A stretch of DNA of 64,000 nt from Nostoc sp. (GCF_041747015.1 NZ_JBGTFY010000387.1:3167-67166); one strand, 5' to 3'. Positions 38,763-49,261 are shown, numbered from the stretch's first letter. Numbers and translations: made by a program. The notes: a model not told the origin generated them from the letters alone.

Positions 38763-38851
38763 GGTCTTTGGTCTTTGGTTATTAGTCATTAGTCATTGGT
38801 CATTGAGTTATTAATCAAAGGACAAAGGACAATTGACAAATGACAATTGAC
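38763..38851. repeat. STRR heptamer arrays in imperfect inverted arrangement (TGGTCTT/TAGTCAT... then CAAAGGA/CAAATGA...)
   Basis: Direct reading of the spacer between the DUF2231 gene stop (38852) and ctaC. Confidence 0.85.
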
Positions 38852-39469
38852 TTATTTGAGTGTTGTATTCAGGTCTTGTCCCGATCGCAGCAAATTGTCT
38901 GCTGTATTGTGTATGCCAAACTCGGTAGCCATTTGCGCCCCTAGTGTCCCGTGGACGTACATAATCAACATGATTGCTATGCCTGCGAACAGATAGAACC
39001 ACTGCACTTGTCTATCTGTCTGTTTATATTCTTGTTTAGCCCAAACGAAGCGCTGCCATCCTCTCCAGACGGTCATGCCAACAATCAGCGCTAATAAGAA
39101 AACACCACCTACACCATGCCAGAGCATAGTTTCCATTGCCTGCAATCCCCAGGCACTTTTCATATCAGCTGGTGGTGTTGCCAACAGCATTTCGTAAAAA
39201 CCTGCTGTCACTGTGAAAAATGTGATGATGCTGGCAGCTACCATGTTGTACCAGCCAACATCAAAGAAGTTGTCACGTTCCACAGTAATTGCCAAAAATT
39301 TGAAGACCCATTTTTGGAAGGGGAACAAAACACCAACGATATCGAAGGTCATCGCAATGATGAACAAACCCAGTGTTAGATGGACTAAGTTGGGATGAAT
39401 GGGAATGGTGTAAGGTAACCCGTTTGCGCCTAAAGAGCCGGTCAATTGGTCAATTAGTTCTAAGTTCAT
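38852..39469 (-). CDS. DUF2231 membrane protein
   Basis: HPNLVHLTLGLFIIAMTFDIVGV N-terminal motif and about 5 TM segments. The start at MNLELIDQ (39469) overlaps the upstream stop (ATGA). Confidence 0.7.
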   Translation of the reverse strand: MNLELIDQLTGSLGANGLPYTIPIHPNLVHLTLGLFIIAMTFDIVGVLFPFQKWVFKFLAITVERDNFFDVGWYNMVAASIITFFTVTAGFYEMLLATPPADMKSAWGLQAMETMLWHGVGGVFLLALIVGMTVWRGWQRFVWAKQEYKQTDRQVQWFYLFAGIAIMLIMYVHGTLGAQMATEFGIHNTADNLLRSGQDLNTTLK

Positions 39470-39966
39470 CGCAACAGACCATCCTTTAATGCTTCCACAA
39501 CTGGTACTGTATGCAATCCATATACCCAAACAAGTTTATCGCCGAGATATACCTGTACGCCAACTATCAAGGTCAAAATTAACCCGGCTCCCAGATAATA
39601 AATCGGTAATTTTTGGGGATTGCGGGAACGAATTACATAGCGCCAAGCTGTAATCGCCGTGATGATTCCTGAAAGCGACCAACCAACTAGTGTATGCAAA
39701 TTCAGCACCGATTTAGCGACGCTGTAAGGTTGTGCTAAACCCGCTTCAAACTGACCAAAAATGATCGCCACAAACATAGCGATCGTGGCAACAAACATAT
39801 TCCACCAACCAACCTCAAAAAGCTGGGTTTTACCAGTGAAATAGCCAAGTACATCCCAAATAAATCCAAACAACACCATCGCAATTACGAAGTGGACAAC
39901 GATGGGATGAATCGTATCGGGATAGGGTAAATTGTGGTCGTTCAAAGATGTCAAATACTCAAGCAT
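39466..39966 (-). CDS. DUF2231 membrane protein (paralog)
   Basis: HPIVVHFVIAMVLFGFIWDVLGY motif with 4 TM segments. Paralogous to the downstream ORF. Confidence 0.7.
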   Translation of the reverse strand: MLEYLTSLNDHNLPYPDTIHPIVVHFVIAMVLFGFIWDVLGYFTGKTQLFEVGWWNMFVATIAMFVAIIFGQFEAGLAQPYSVAKSVLNLHTLVGWSLSGIITAITAWRYVIRSRNPQKLPIYYLGAGLILTLIVGVQVYLGDKLVWVYGLHTVPVVEALKDGLLR

Positions 39967-40456
39967 TGTCTTCTCCTGGAAATATCTACCGCACTTTCGT
40001 AAAACTTCAATGATTTATGGATACTCACTAACATCACCACAAGTATCCATCGATAATTGACTCGAATCTGTTCAATATCTGCGCGGTGCGATATGCTTAA
40101 TCATGTCTTAGCTTTTTGTAGCCAAATCTAGTAAACATCGTCTGCAACAGCAATTTTTGATGTAGCTAAACCAAATCGCTGTAGTTTGTTGATTTGCTTA
40201 ACCTATCTTTATAGCTTAAGTAAATTTTTATGAATTGTCAAAACAATAAAAGTTAAACTTTTAAAAGTTAGTTATCTAACAAAAACCTATTTTTACAATG
40301 TATCGATTCTGGCATTAATTAAAATTTTAGAAAGCCTAAATAAAATATTTTACTGTGAAGTATTTCACAATGATAAAATTTCTAATTGTAATCCAAACGA
40401 CAAAAATATATAATCTTGAGTAGTTGGTATAGAAGCGAATCAAGGTAAGTTACTAA

Positions 40457-41029
40457 GTGTCCTTTAAACTTGTGGTGATTGGTACTTCTTTGGGTGGATT
40501 ATCAGCATTAAAAATTATCTTGGGAAACTTACCAGCAGACTTTCCTGTACCGATCGCGATCGTGCAACACCGTCACAAGGAGTCTAAGAACACACTCTCG
40601 GAGTTATTACAAGAATTCGCTTTGTTACCGATTCGAGAAGTGGAAGACAAAGACGAAATACTACCAGGACATATCTACCTAGCTCCAGCAGATTATCACT
40701 TGCTGGTTGAACTAGGTCACTTTGCTCTTTCGACTGATGAGCCTGTTTCCTATGCCAGACCATCTATCGATGTGCTATTTGAGTCAGCAGCCGATGTCTA
40801 TTGTGAGCAAGTCATCGGTGTAATATTGACAGGAGCAAACCAAGATGGTGTGCAAGGTCTTAAAAAAATAAAATTGCGGGGAGGGCTTACTATTGTACAG
40901 GAACCTTCCACGGCTGAGAGTTACGTTATGCCAGAGGCAGCAATTTCTGCTGTTGCAGTAGACTGGATTTTGACACTAAAAGACATTGCTTCTCAGATGG
41001 TTAAGCTTTGTCACTCATCACGGAAATAA
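40457..41029 (+). CDS. Stand-alone CheB-type methylesterase domain protein
   Basis: VVIGTSLGGLSAL...IVQH...YLAP..HL...RPSIDVLFES...TGANQDG matches the CheB catalytic domain (Ser/His/Asp regions). There is no receiver domain. GTG start. Confidence 0.8.
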   Translation: MSFKLVVIGTSLGGLSALKIILGNLPADFPVPIAIVQHRHKESKNTLSELLQEFALLPIREVEDKDEILPGHIYLAPADYHLLVELGHFALSTDEPVSYARPSIDVLFESAADVYCEQVIGVILTGANQDGVQGLKKIKLRGGLTIVQEPSTAESYVMPEAAISAVAVDWILTLKDIASQMVKLCHSSRK

Positions 41030-41033
41030 ACCC

Positions 41034-43213
41034 ATGCAGATGGAACCCAAAGTAAACATCCTCATAGTAGATGATAAACTAGAAAATTTGCTGGCACTAG
41101 AGGCAATCCTAGAAAAACTAGGGGAGAATCTCGTGAGAGCTACTTCTGGGGAAGAAGCTTTGAGGTGTCTGCTGCATCAAGACTTTGCGGTGATTTTGCT
41201 GGATGTGCAAATGCCAGGGATGGATGGGTTTGAAACTGCTACCTTAATTCGCAATCGGGGGCGATCGCGGCACACTCCAATTATCTTTCTCACCGCCTTT
41301 AGCACCAGCGACCAAATGCTGTTTAAAGGCTATGCTTTGGGTGCAGTTGATTATTTATTCAAACCATTAGACCCCAATATCTTGACTTCTAAAGTCACAG
41401 TATTCGTCGAACTATTTAAGAAAACCGAAGCCGTCAAGCAACAAGCAGCGCAACTGGTAGCTGTGAATGCAGAACTCAGGCAAAGTGAAGAGCGATTGCG
41501 ATCGCTAAGTACCTGTTCACCCGTTGGCATTTTTGAAATTGATACTGAAGGTGGCTGTAGGTATACTAATCCCCGCTATCAGGCAATTTGTGGCTTGAAA
41601 GCGGCAGAGAGTTTAGAAAAGAGATGGCTAGAATCTGTTCATCCAGAAGATAGAGAACGAGCAGATGCCAGTTGGTCTGCCTACATTCGTGAAGGACGCG
41701 ACTACTCTGATGAGTTTCGCTTTCAAACTGCTCATAGCATCGGCCGTTGGGTTCAAGTTCGCTCATCACCAATGCTTTCCAGTCAAGGAGAATTGCTGGG
41801 ATATGTCGGCACCCTCGAAGATATTACTGAACGCAAACAAGCAGAAGAAGTCCGCGCTCAAGTGATTCGAGAACAGACGGCAAGACAGGAAGCAGAAGCA
41901 GCAAATCGGATGAAAGATGAATTTCTCGCTGTTCTCTCCCACGAACTCCGCACACCCCTAACCTCAATGCTAGGCTGGTCAAAAATCCTCCGCTCTAAGA
42001 AACTTGACGAAAAAGCCACTTCTCGCGCCCTGGAGGCGATTGAACGCAACGCTGTAGCTCAGATGCAACTAATTGAGGATATCTTGGATGTATCCCGGAT
42101 TATCCGTGGTCAGCTACGATTAAACGTATCTGCGGTAAATCTGATCTCGGTGATGGAGGCAGTCTTAGAGGCAGTGCGTCCCCTAGCCGAACCAAAAGAC
42201 ATTAAATTAAACACTGTCCTGGATACTTCGGTAGGGTCAGTTTATGGCGATCCAGCCCGTTTACAGCAAGTTGTCTGGAACTTACTAACTAATGCCATTA
42301 AGTTTACACCTAAGGGTGGTAGGGTAGAAGTTAGGCTGTCAACCTATTTTGGATTTTCGATTTCAGATTTTGGATTGGCATCTGATGGTGAAAATTTAGA
42401 TTCTTCAAACACTGATGAAAGCAGTAATTTAACATCCGTCTTGGAAAGTTCTGATGCTGGGGAGCCGACCCTGAGACATTCTGCAAAGTCTCAAAATTGC
42501 AAATCTCAGTACGCTCAAATTGAAGTTATCGATACGGGTATTGGCATCAGTGCAGAGTTTTTACCGAAAGTATTTGAGCGTTTCCGGCAAGCAGACAGCA
42601 CTACAACCCGATCGCACAATGGACTAGGACTAGGGGGCTAGCGATCGTCCGTCATCTAGTAGAACTGCACAAGGGGGTAATCTTTGCTCAAAGTCCAGGC
42701 ACAGAACAAGGAGCAACCTTTACCGTGAGATTGCCACTGTTACAAGACAATAGGAGTAGCAGGGGGAGTAGAGAAGCCACAGGAGAAATTTCCTCCCCTG
42801 TAGCATCAACGCCGCTTGCTGGATTAACAGTTTTAGTTGTAGATGATGAAGCCGATACCCGTAACTTTCTCAGTTTTATGTTTGAAGACTACGGAGCGAT
42901 CGCCACTGCGGTAGCATCAGTCGATGAAGCGCTAGCAGTATTTGAACAAACAAAACCAGATATCCTGATTAGCGACATCGGTCTGTCGCAGCAAGATGGT
43001 TATACGCTGATTCGGAAACTGCGCTCTTTGGAACCAGAAAAAGGCGGACGTATTCCAGCGATCGCTTTAACAGCATACACGCGAGAAGAAGACCGATTAG
43101 AAGCGCTTTCAGCAGGGTTTCAGCAGCATTTATCTAAGCCAATTGACCCCACTAAATTGATTACTGTGGTTGCCAGTTTATTAGAACTGCCTCTGAAAGT
43201 TTCAGCGAGTTGA
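41034..43213 (+). pseudogene. Hybrid sensor kinase (REC-PAS-HisKA-HATPase-REC), frame broken at a G5 run
   Basis: N-terminal receiver (ILIVDD...DVQMPGMDG), PAS, H-box SHELRTPL, and HATPase ending GLGLGG* at 42639-42641. The next frame continues LAIVRHLVELHKGVIFAQSPG...FTVRLPLL and runs into the REC ORF 42725-43213. Confidence 0.75.
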
Positions 43214-43253
43214 TTTAGAACTGGGAAGCAGAGGGAAATAACCAATGTCTAAA

Positions 43254-43622
43254 TCAAGACGAAGTTAGGGCATTTTTTTTCAGTTCGTCTAGGGAAACTA
43301 CTTCTAAAGCCCTAGCATGGGTTGATTCAAGGACAACGGGACAAGCAACACCAGCCTCCAGAGCTTCTTGCCAACGAGAAGCACATAAACACCAGCGATC
43401 GCCAGGCTTCAATCCAGGAAAGTTAGAATTAGGTGTGCTGAGGTCATTCCCCTGCGATTTGGTGAACTCCAGGAATTCTGATGTCACTTCGGCACATACG
43501 ACGTGCGACCCGAAATCCTGACCACCTGTGCGACACAAACCATCGCGGTAAAATCCAGTCATCGGAGAAGTGCAGCAAACCTCTAGGTTTCCATCGATTA
43601 CGTTTTTAGCGTCTGTCATCAT
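43254..43622 (-). CDS. DUF2237 protein
   Basis: CCTSPMTGFYRDGLC...GSHVVCAEVTSEFLEF...DRWCLCASRW matches the DUF2237 pattern. Confidence 0.75.
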   Translation of the reverse strand: MMTDAKNVIDGNLEVCCTSPMTGFYRDGLCRTGGQDFGSHVVCAEVTSEFLEFTKSQGNDLSTPNSNFPGLKPGDRWCLCASRWQEALEAGVACPVVLESTHARALEVVSLDELKKNALTSS

Positions 43623-43715
43623 TAATTCCCTTTAGTAACTTATAACGAGTTTAAAACACACATTCTGCACTTCGGTTTGTAGTCTAATAAGTAGTACAAA
43701 ATTGTGGGAACTAAA

Positions 43716-44008
43716 TAGGGGTTGCTGAAAAAGAAAGAAAAGCCGACACTCTGAGATTATCAGACCAAAGAAATATATTCAGGTGCAAGAACAGAGGATA
43801 AAATATCCCAAAATACTTGCATCTGCGTGACTAGCAGTCGCTGTGTGCTTATTAGTAAATATGTACCAAAAATAGGGGCAGCATCTAATCTCAGCAGAAG
43901 ACTTTGAACTTTCGCGTGAAGGGAAGTTATCGTCAGATAATCGTTGGGTAATTATGGCTTCTTTGACAAGTAGAAGCATATAAAAATTATACTTTTCAGC
44001 AACCCCTA
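43716..44008. repeat. 17-bp inverted repeats bracketing about 260 bp (MITE-like)
   Basis: taggggttgctgaaaaag (43716-43733) against cttttcagcaaccccta (43992-44008). Confidence 0.55.
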
Positions 44009-44284
44009 GTTATTAATTTAACTGCATGAAGGAAACAGGGTGATGTCGTAAAGTTATCGTTTTCCACAATAACAAAAGTCAGAAATCACAACCAGCCCGA
44101 TGTTATCCAAAAACTGAGGAAAATCCCTGCTCCTACCAAAGTTGCCAAACTCGAACTTTTTCACATTTAACATAAGTACTTTCATTACTTTTGCATTACT
44201 CAGGTTTGTGAATTCTAAACTACATAGTTGCCCAACTTAAGTATTAAATAAAATTATTACCAATAGTCTAGGAAAAGCAAAGAC

Positions 44285-44650
44285 GTGAACCGTTTCAAAA
44301 AGCTATCCTCAATTGTGTTCTTGTTATTAGCTTTCATTTATCCATCTGCTTTGGCTGAAGCCAAGGATAATACTCTAAATAATGTTCTTAATGAACAGAG
44401 TCTTGACGCACAGACAAAGTTAGTTGGAGAGCAAAGTGAAGAGCTTTTGTTAGCTCACCGACGGAATCGACGACGTTATCATAGACGGCAACGGACTGGA
44501 AAATATTATTATCAACACCAGCGGACTCGGCGACATCATTATAGACGACGCCATCGCTCTGTACGTTATCACGGACAACCATATCGTTATGGAGAATGGG
44601 AACTTGTGCGTGATCGTCATGGACGATTAATGTATGATTGGCAGCGTTAA
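44285..44650 (+). CDS. Hypothetical secreted, extremely Arg/His/Tyr-rich small protein
   Basis: Signal-like N-terminus (SSIVFLLLAFIYPSALA), then HRRNRRRYHRRQRTGKYYYQHQRTRRHHYRRRHRS. GTG start with a weak RBS. Confidence 0.35.
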   Translation: MNRFKKLSSIVFLLLAFIYPSALAEAKDNTLNNVLNEQSLDAQTKLVGEQSEELLLAHRRNRRRYHRRQRTGKYYYQHQRTRRHHYRRRHRSVRYHGQPYRYGEWELVRDRHGRLMYDWQR

Positions 44651-44701
44651 TCGTAAACTTTACACCCAATTTTCTTAGAGAATCTTTATGCCTCAAAAAC
44701 T

Positions 44702-44797
44702 ATATTGTGGGCAGCAGGTGTTCAAGGTTCGTCTATGGGGAAAGTCCTAGCAGAAAGTACAGGTGTAGAGTGCGATCGCGGCAGCCACCCGAATGGG
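44702..44797 (+). pseudogene. Remnant of an NDH-2 paralog
   Basis: It translates to ILWAAGVQGSSMGKVLAESTGVECDRGS, colinear with VLWAAGVKASAMGKVLAERTDAECDRAG of the intact NDH-2 at 10500-11861. There is no start codon and no flanking homology. Confidence 0.7.
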
Positions 44798-44904
44798 TAA
44801 ACCGACAATCATCACAACAGCCTTAGCGCCAAAATCTATGATTTCACCAAGCGATCGCACCCTGAATTTGCTCGAAAATGGATCGAGGTGCTGACGCTGA
44901 AATA

Positions 44905-45019
44905 TCAATAAGGCTTAACAGATAAAGCGATCGCCCAAAAAATGAACCTGAGCGATCGCTCTCCACTTCTGGCGATAAACTGGAATCAAAGCCTCTTGCT
45001 CAGGCGTTAACTTCTCAAT
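44905..45019 (-). pseudogene. Possible N-terminal remnant of a cyanobacterial LTPEQEALIPVYRxKW-family gene
   Basis: It reads IEKLTPEQEALIPVYRQKWRAIAQVHFLGDRFIC* with no clear start codon and a premature stop. Confidence 0.3.
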
Positions 45020-45308
45020 CAGCGACGTAACGCCAACCTTCAGGCTCGTATTCCCTCTGAATTTTCACCATCCAATCACCTTGGGGAATAGAAATAGCTT
45101 TATGCTCCTCGTGAGCTAGCAATGCCGACTCTGAAAACACACGTAAATAAAGTGTGCTATCTTTTTCGTATAATTCCGCCTTTCCCTCAGTAATACGATG
45201 TTTATGACCTGTAACTTCGCCTTCCGCCAAAGTTAAATGAGGTATTTTTTGTCCTTCAACCTGCTGCACAGGTAGTAAGATGACATCACCTTGACGAATT
45301 GCTTGCAT
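45015..45308 (-). CDS. Hypothetical small protein
   Basis: 97-aa ORF with host-like composition. Family not recognised. Confidence 0.5.
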   Translation of the reverse strand: MQAIRQGDVILLPVQQVEGQKIPHLTLAEGEVTGHKHRITEGKAELYEKDSTLYLRVFSESALLAHEEHKAISIPQGDWMVKIQREYEPEGWRYVAD

Positions 45309-45735
45309 AGTTTTGCCTCAAGCGGATAGGTACAAACCCCACTTCGCTTTTACTCTTAAGTTTGGTTTAATTTTGGCACAACCTCTATGAAAGTGAGGCA
45401 TTGAGAATAGACAAAGTAAAGACTTCTTTTTTAATAATTCCCCTTGTCCCCTTGTCCTCCCCACTCCCTAATTAAAGAATATTTTGAAAACTTTACTCGC
45501 CAATTATGCGTTAGATAAGTTAAAGATTGAAATAGCTGGAAATTCACAGCCAGCGTTCCCCTACCCTATCCTTTAGAAAGGACTGTACCCGAAGTTAAGC
45601 GGATTTTCGCCCTAACAGGCAGTTTGTGTGAGGATTAAATCACCGCTCTAAGCGTGACGTTTTATCTTGACAATTTGCAAGAATTACCTCAATTTGACTG
45701 TTTAGCTTAGTAGCTATTCTTTTTTTGAAATTTCC

Positions 45736-48393
45736 ATGTCAACACTCGTCATCGTCGAATCTCCAACCAAAGCTCGTACCATTCGCAACTACCTGCCAGC
45801 AGGCTATCGGGTAGAGGCATCTATGGGTCATGTACGTGACCTACCCCAGTCGGCTAGTGAAATTCCCGCCGCTGTCAAAGGGGAAACATGGGCGCAGCTA
45901 GGGGTGAATGTGGACGCCGACTTTGAACCGGTATATGTTGTCCCGAAAGACAAAAAGAAAATTGTCACCCTGCTCAAAGAAGCCCTCAAAGATGTCGATG
46001 AACTGATTCTGGCAACGGACGAAGACCGGGAAGGTGAAAGCATTAGTTGGCATTTATACCAGCTACTCAAGCCGAAAGTTCCGACTAAGCGGATGGTGTT
46101 TCACGAAATTACCGAAGACGCGATCAAAAAAGCTCTGAAAAACTGCCGCAATATTGATGAGCAGTTGGTTCGCGCCCAAGAAACGCGGCGGATTTTAGAT
46201 CGACTGGTGGGCTACACTCTGTCTCCCCTGCTATGGAAAAAAATCGCCTGGGGATTATCTGCTGGGCGAGTCCAATCTGTAGCTGTGCGACTTTTGGTTA
46301 CTAGGGAACGCCAACGCCGCGCTTTCCATGAAGGTACTTACTGGGATTTGAAAGCTAGTTTAGAAAAGGAAAAAACCCCCTTTGCGACTCAGTTGGTGAC
46401 ATTAGCAGGAACCAAAATAGCTAATGGTAGCGATTTTGACGCAGCGACCGGGCTAATTACCGCAGGTCGCAATGTCTTGTTGCTAAACGTTGACCAAGCA
46501 GTAGCCCTCAAGGAACGCTTGACAGGAAAAACCTGGAGTGTTACCGAGATCGAGGAACGCCCAGTAACGCGCAAACCCTCGCCACCGTTCACAACTTCGA
46601 CGTTGCAGCAAGAATCTAACCGGAAACTGCGCCTCTCAGCCCGTGACACGATGCGGGTTGCCCAGAATTTGTACGAGCAGGGGTATATTACCTATATGCG
46701 GACAGATTCGGTACATTTGTCAGATCAAGCGATCGCAGCAGCTCGAAGTTGTGTAGAAAAGCTTTATGGTAAACAATACCTCAGTCCCCAACCCCGGCAA
46801 TACACCACCAAATCCAAAGGCGCACAAGAGGCGCACGAAGCAATTCGCCCAGCAGGTAGCAGCTTCCGCACCCCCCAAGAAACTGGTTTGGGCGGTCGGG
46901 AACTTGCCCTCTACGATTTGATTTGGAAGCGTACCGTCGCCTGTCAAATGGCTGATTCCCGACAAACTCAAATTAGCGTGCAGTTGCAAGTTGAGGATGC
47001 TGGATTCCGTTCTTCTGGCAAGCGAATCGAATTTCCCGGATATTTACGTGCCTACGTTGAAGGTTCAGATGATCCAGAAGCAGCACTGGAAGACCAGGAA
47101 GTAATTTTGCCTAATCTAAAAGTGGGAGATCACCCAAATTGTACAGAACTGGAAGCAGTTGGTCACGAAACTCAACCGCCAGCTAGGTACACTGAGGCTA
47201 CTTTGGTGAAAACTTTAGAAAGCGAAGGTATCGGTCGTCCCAGTACCTACGCCAGCATCATTGGTACGATCATCGATAAAGGTTACGCCCAATTGGTGAC
47301 TAACGCCCTTATTCCCACCTTTACCGCTTTCGCCGTCACCGATTTGCTGGAAAAACATTTCCCCGACATCGTTGATCCCAGTTTTACCTCGAAAATGGAG
47401 CAAACCCTCGATGATATTGCCACAGGTGAAGCGAAATGGCTACCTTACTTGCAGAAATTCTATTTGGGAGAGAAAGGGCTGGAAACCCTAGTTAAAGAAC
47501 AGGAAAGTAAAATTGACGCCACCAAAGCTAGGACTGTAGAACTGGAGAATTTAGATGCCAAAGTCCGTATTGGTAAATATGGCCCCTACATTGAAGTTGA
47601 AAATGGTGACGGTGTTATTACTGCCTCAATTCCCAAAGACCTGACACCAGCTGACCTAGACCCCAAACAGGTAGAAACATTGCTGCGGCAAAAAACCACA
47701 GGGCCAGACCAGGTAGGTCGGCATCCCGAAACTGGTGAACCGATTTATGTGAAAATTGGTGCTTATGGGCCTTATGTTCAATTAGGTGACAAAACTGACG
47801 AAAACCCTAAACCGAAACAAGCCTCCCTGCTCAAAGGTGTCACCCCGGAAACCGTTACTTTGGAAATGGCTGTTGGTCTGTTGGCATTACCCCGGACATT
47901 GGGAGTTCATCCAGGCAGTGGCGGCAAAATCCAAGCTAGTTTGGGACGCTTTGGGCCTTATGTCGTTCATGACCAAGGTAAGGAGGGGAAAGACTACCGC
48001 TCACTCAAAGCTGCGGATAATGTATTGACAATTACCGTAGAACGTGCATTGGAATTGTTGTCTGAACCAAAAAAGGGACGTAGTTCCACCAACAGCAAGT
48101 CTAAGGCAGCCTTACGCGAATTGGGTGCACATCCAGAAGACAGCGAGACAATCAACATTTACGATGGTCCCTACGGTCCTTACATTAAGCATAGCAAAAC
48201 TAATGTGAGTATCCCAGAAGGTCAATCGGTAGAAGATATAACGCTGGCTGAGGCACTGAAATTGTTAGAGAGTAAAGCATCGACAACAAAATCAACTCGC
48301 AAAACGAGTAAATCAACGAGTTCGAGTTCTAAATCTAAGTCAACTGCTAAGTCTTCAACGACTGTTGCGAAAAAAAAGAGCGCAGAAGGCTAG
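45736..48393 (+). CDS. topA: DNA topoisomerase I
   Basis: TOPRIM start [23 protein letters not shown], the active-site region [10 protein letters not shown], and a long C-terminal repeat domain with a Lys/Ser-rich tail. Confidence 0.95.
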   Translation: MSTLVIVESPTKARTIRNYLPAGYRVEASMGHVRDLPQSASEIPAAVKGETWAQLGVNVDADFEPVYVVPKDKKKIVTLLKEALKDVDELILATDEDREGESISWHLYQLLKPKVPTKRMVFHEITEDAIKKALKNCRNIDEQLVRAQETRRILDRLVGYTLSPLLWKKIAWGLSAGRVQSVAVRLLVTRERQRRAFHEGTYWDLKASLEKEKTPFATQLVTLAGTKIANGSDFDAATGLITAGRNVLLLNVDQAVALKERLTGKTWSVTEIEERPVTRKPSPPFTTSTLQQESNRKLRLSARDTMRVAQNLYEQGYITYMRTDSVHLSDQAIAAARSCVEKLYGKQYLSPQPRQYTTKSKGAQEAHEAIRPAGSSFRTPQETGLGGRELALYDLIWKRTVACQMADSRQTQISVQLQVEDAGFRSSGKRIEFPGYLRAYVEGSDDPEAALEDQEVILPNLKVGDHPNCTELEAVGHETQPPARYTEATLVKTLESEGIGRPSTYASIIGTIIDKGYAQLVTNALIPTFTAFAVTDLLEKHFPDIVDPSFTSKMEQTLDDIATGEAKWLPYLQKFYLGEKGLETLVKEQESKIDATKARTVELENLDAKVRIGKYGPYIEVENGDGVITASIPKDLTPADLDPKQVETLLRQKTTGPDQVGRHPETGEPIYVKIGAYGPYVQLGDKTDENPKPKQASLLKGVTPETVTLEMAVGLLALPRTLGVHPGSGGKIQASLGRFGPYVVHDQGKEGKDYRSLKAADNVLTITVERALELLSEPKKGRSSTNSKSKAALRELGAHPEDSETINIYDGPYGPYIKHSKTNVSIPEGQSVEDITLAEALKLLESKASTTKSTRKTSKSTSSSSKSKSTAKSSTTVAKKKSAEG

Positions 48394-48445
48394 TCGCAAG
48401 TCAAGAGTCAATAGTCCAAAGTCAAACTCTTGACCCTTGATCCCC
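48392..48445. repeat. STRR-type heptamer array with a short palindrome (agtcaag agtcaat agtccaa agtcaaa ctcttga cccttga)
   Basis: Direct reading immediately after the topA stop. Confidence 0.7.
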
Positions 48446-48648
48446 GTCCTTCGTAGGGTGTAGTTAGTTAGGTTGCTAATGTGATACTCTAAGGATTAAG
48501 GTAGAACAGAACACCAAATTTTAAAATTGGTTCATTGCCTAAATAGGCGAGCGTGTTAGCTTAATTAAAAGCCACAGGTGCAAAATACTTCATTTTTGCG
48601 TACCTGTTAATCAAAATTTGAGGTAGTATCTCAGGAGCGGTCAGTTCA

Positions 48649-48789
48649 ATGGACTATATAGAAAAGGTGCTGGAAAAGCTTAAGGAATTAGCTCGTAGGC
48701 TAATTGACAGCCTGTTTGGCCCAGAGGCTGAACCGGAACCGGAACTGATTCCGATTCCTGTGAACGATCGCTCACGCCGTCGCCACTAG
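48649..48789 (+). CDS. Small conserved-looking ORF (46 aa), below the ORF-track cutoff
   Basis: ATG preceded by AGGAG. It translates to [46 protein letters not shown] and ends 7 nt before aroQ. Confidence 0.45.
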   Translation: MDYIEKVLEKLKELARRLIDSLFGPEAEPEPELIPIPVNDRSRRRH

Positions 48790-48796
48790 CCCCAAA

Positions 48797-49261
48797 GTGT
48801 TGAACTCAACATTGCAACCCTTAAGTATTTTGGCACTGCACGGGCCAAACTTGAATTTGCTGGGACAGCGAGAACCAGGAATTTATGGCTCGTTGACACT
48901 AGCTGAAATTAACCGCCTGTTAGAAGAAGAAGGATTAAAGTTACAGGCGAAAGTTTTTCCTGTGCAGTCAAATCATGAAGGAATTTTGGTAGATAGTATT
49001 CATGGCGCATTAGGGCAATATCAGGGAATTTTGATTAATGCCGGAGCGTATACTCATACAAGTGTGGCATTGCGAGACGCGATCGCTGCTGTTAACTTGC
49101 CCACAGTAGAAGTACATCTAAGTAATATCTACCGTCGGGAAGATTTTCGCCATCACTCGTACATCGCCCCAGTAGCGATTGGGCAAATCAGTGGTTTTGG
49201 CTCTCAAAGTTATTTGTTGGGGTTACAGGCATTGGTAAATCATTTAAGAGTTAAGAGTTAG
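48797..49261 (+). CDS. aroQ: Type II 3-dehydroquinate dehydratase
   Basis: [21 protein letters not shown]...NHEG...[16 protein letters not shown]...VEVHLSNI is the type II DHQase signature. Confidence 0.9.
   Translation: MLNSTLQPLSILALHGPNLNLLGQREPGIYGSLTLAEINRLLEEEGLKLQAKVFPVQSNHEGILVDSIHGALGQYQGILINAGAYTHTSVALRDAIAAVNLPTVEVHLSNIYRREDFRHHSYIAPVAIGQISGFGSQSYLLGLQALVNHLRVKS

Noticed and set aside
39967-40456. A search for an NtcA box (GTA-N8-TAC) upstream of the DUF2231-ARTO operon.
   Set aside because: Only one-mismatch candidates were seen by eye (for example GTA-N8-TAA near 40052). That is too weak to call without a matrix scan or TSS data.
43779-43979. 66-aa minus-strand ORF inside the inverted-repeat-bounded segment. 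This could have been a tiny transposase or a toxin.
   Set aside because: It is far too small for a transposase, has no recognisable motif, and is Cys/Ser-rich with odd composition. I treat it as non-coding MITE interior.
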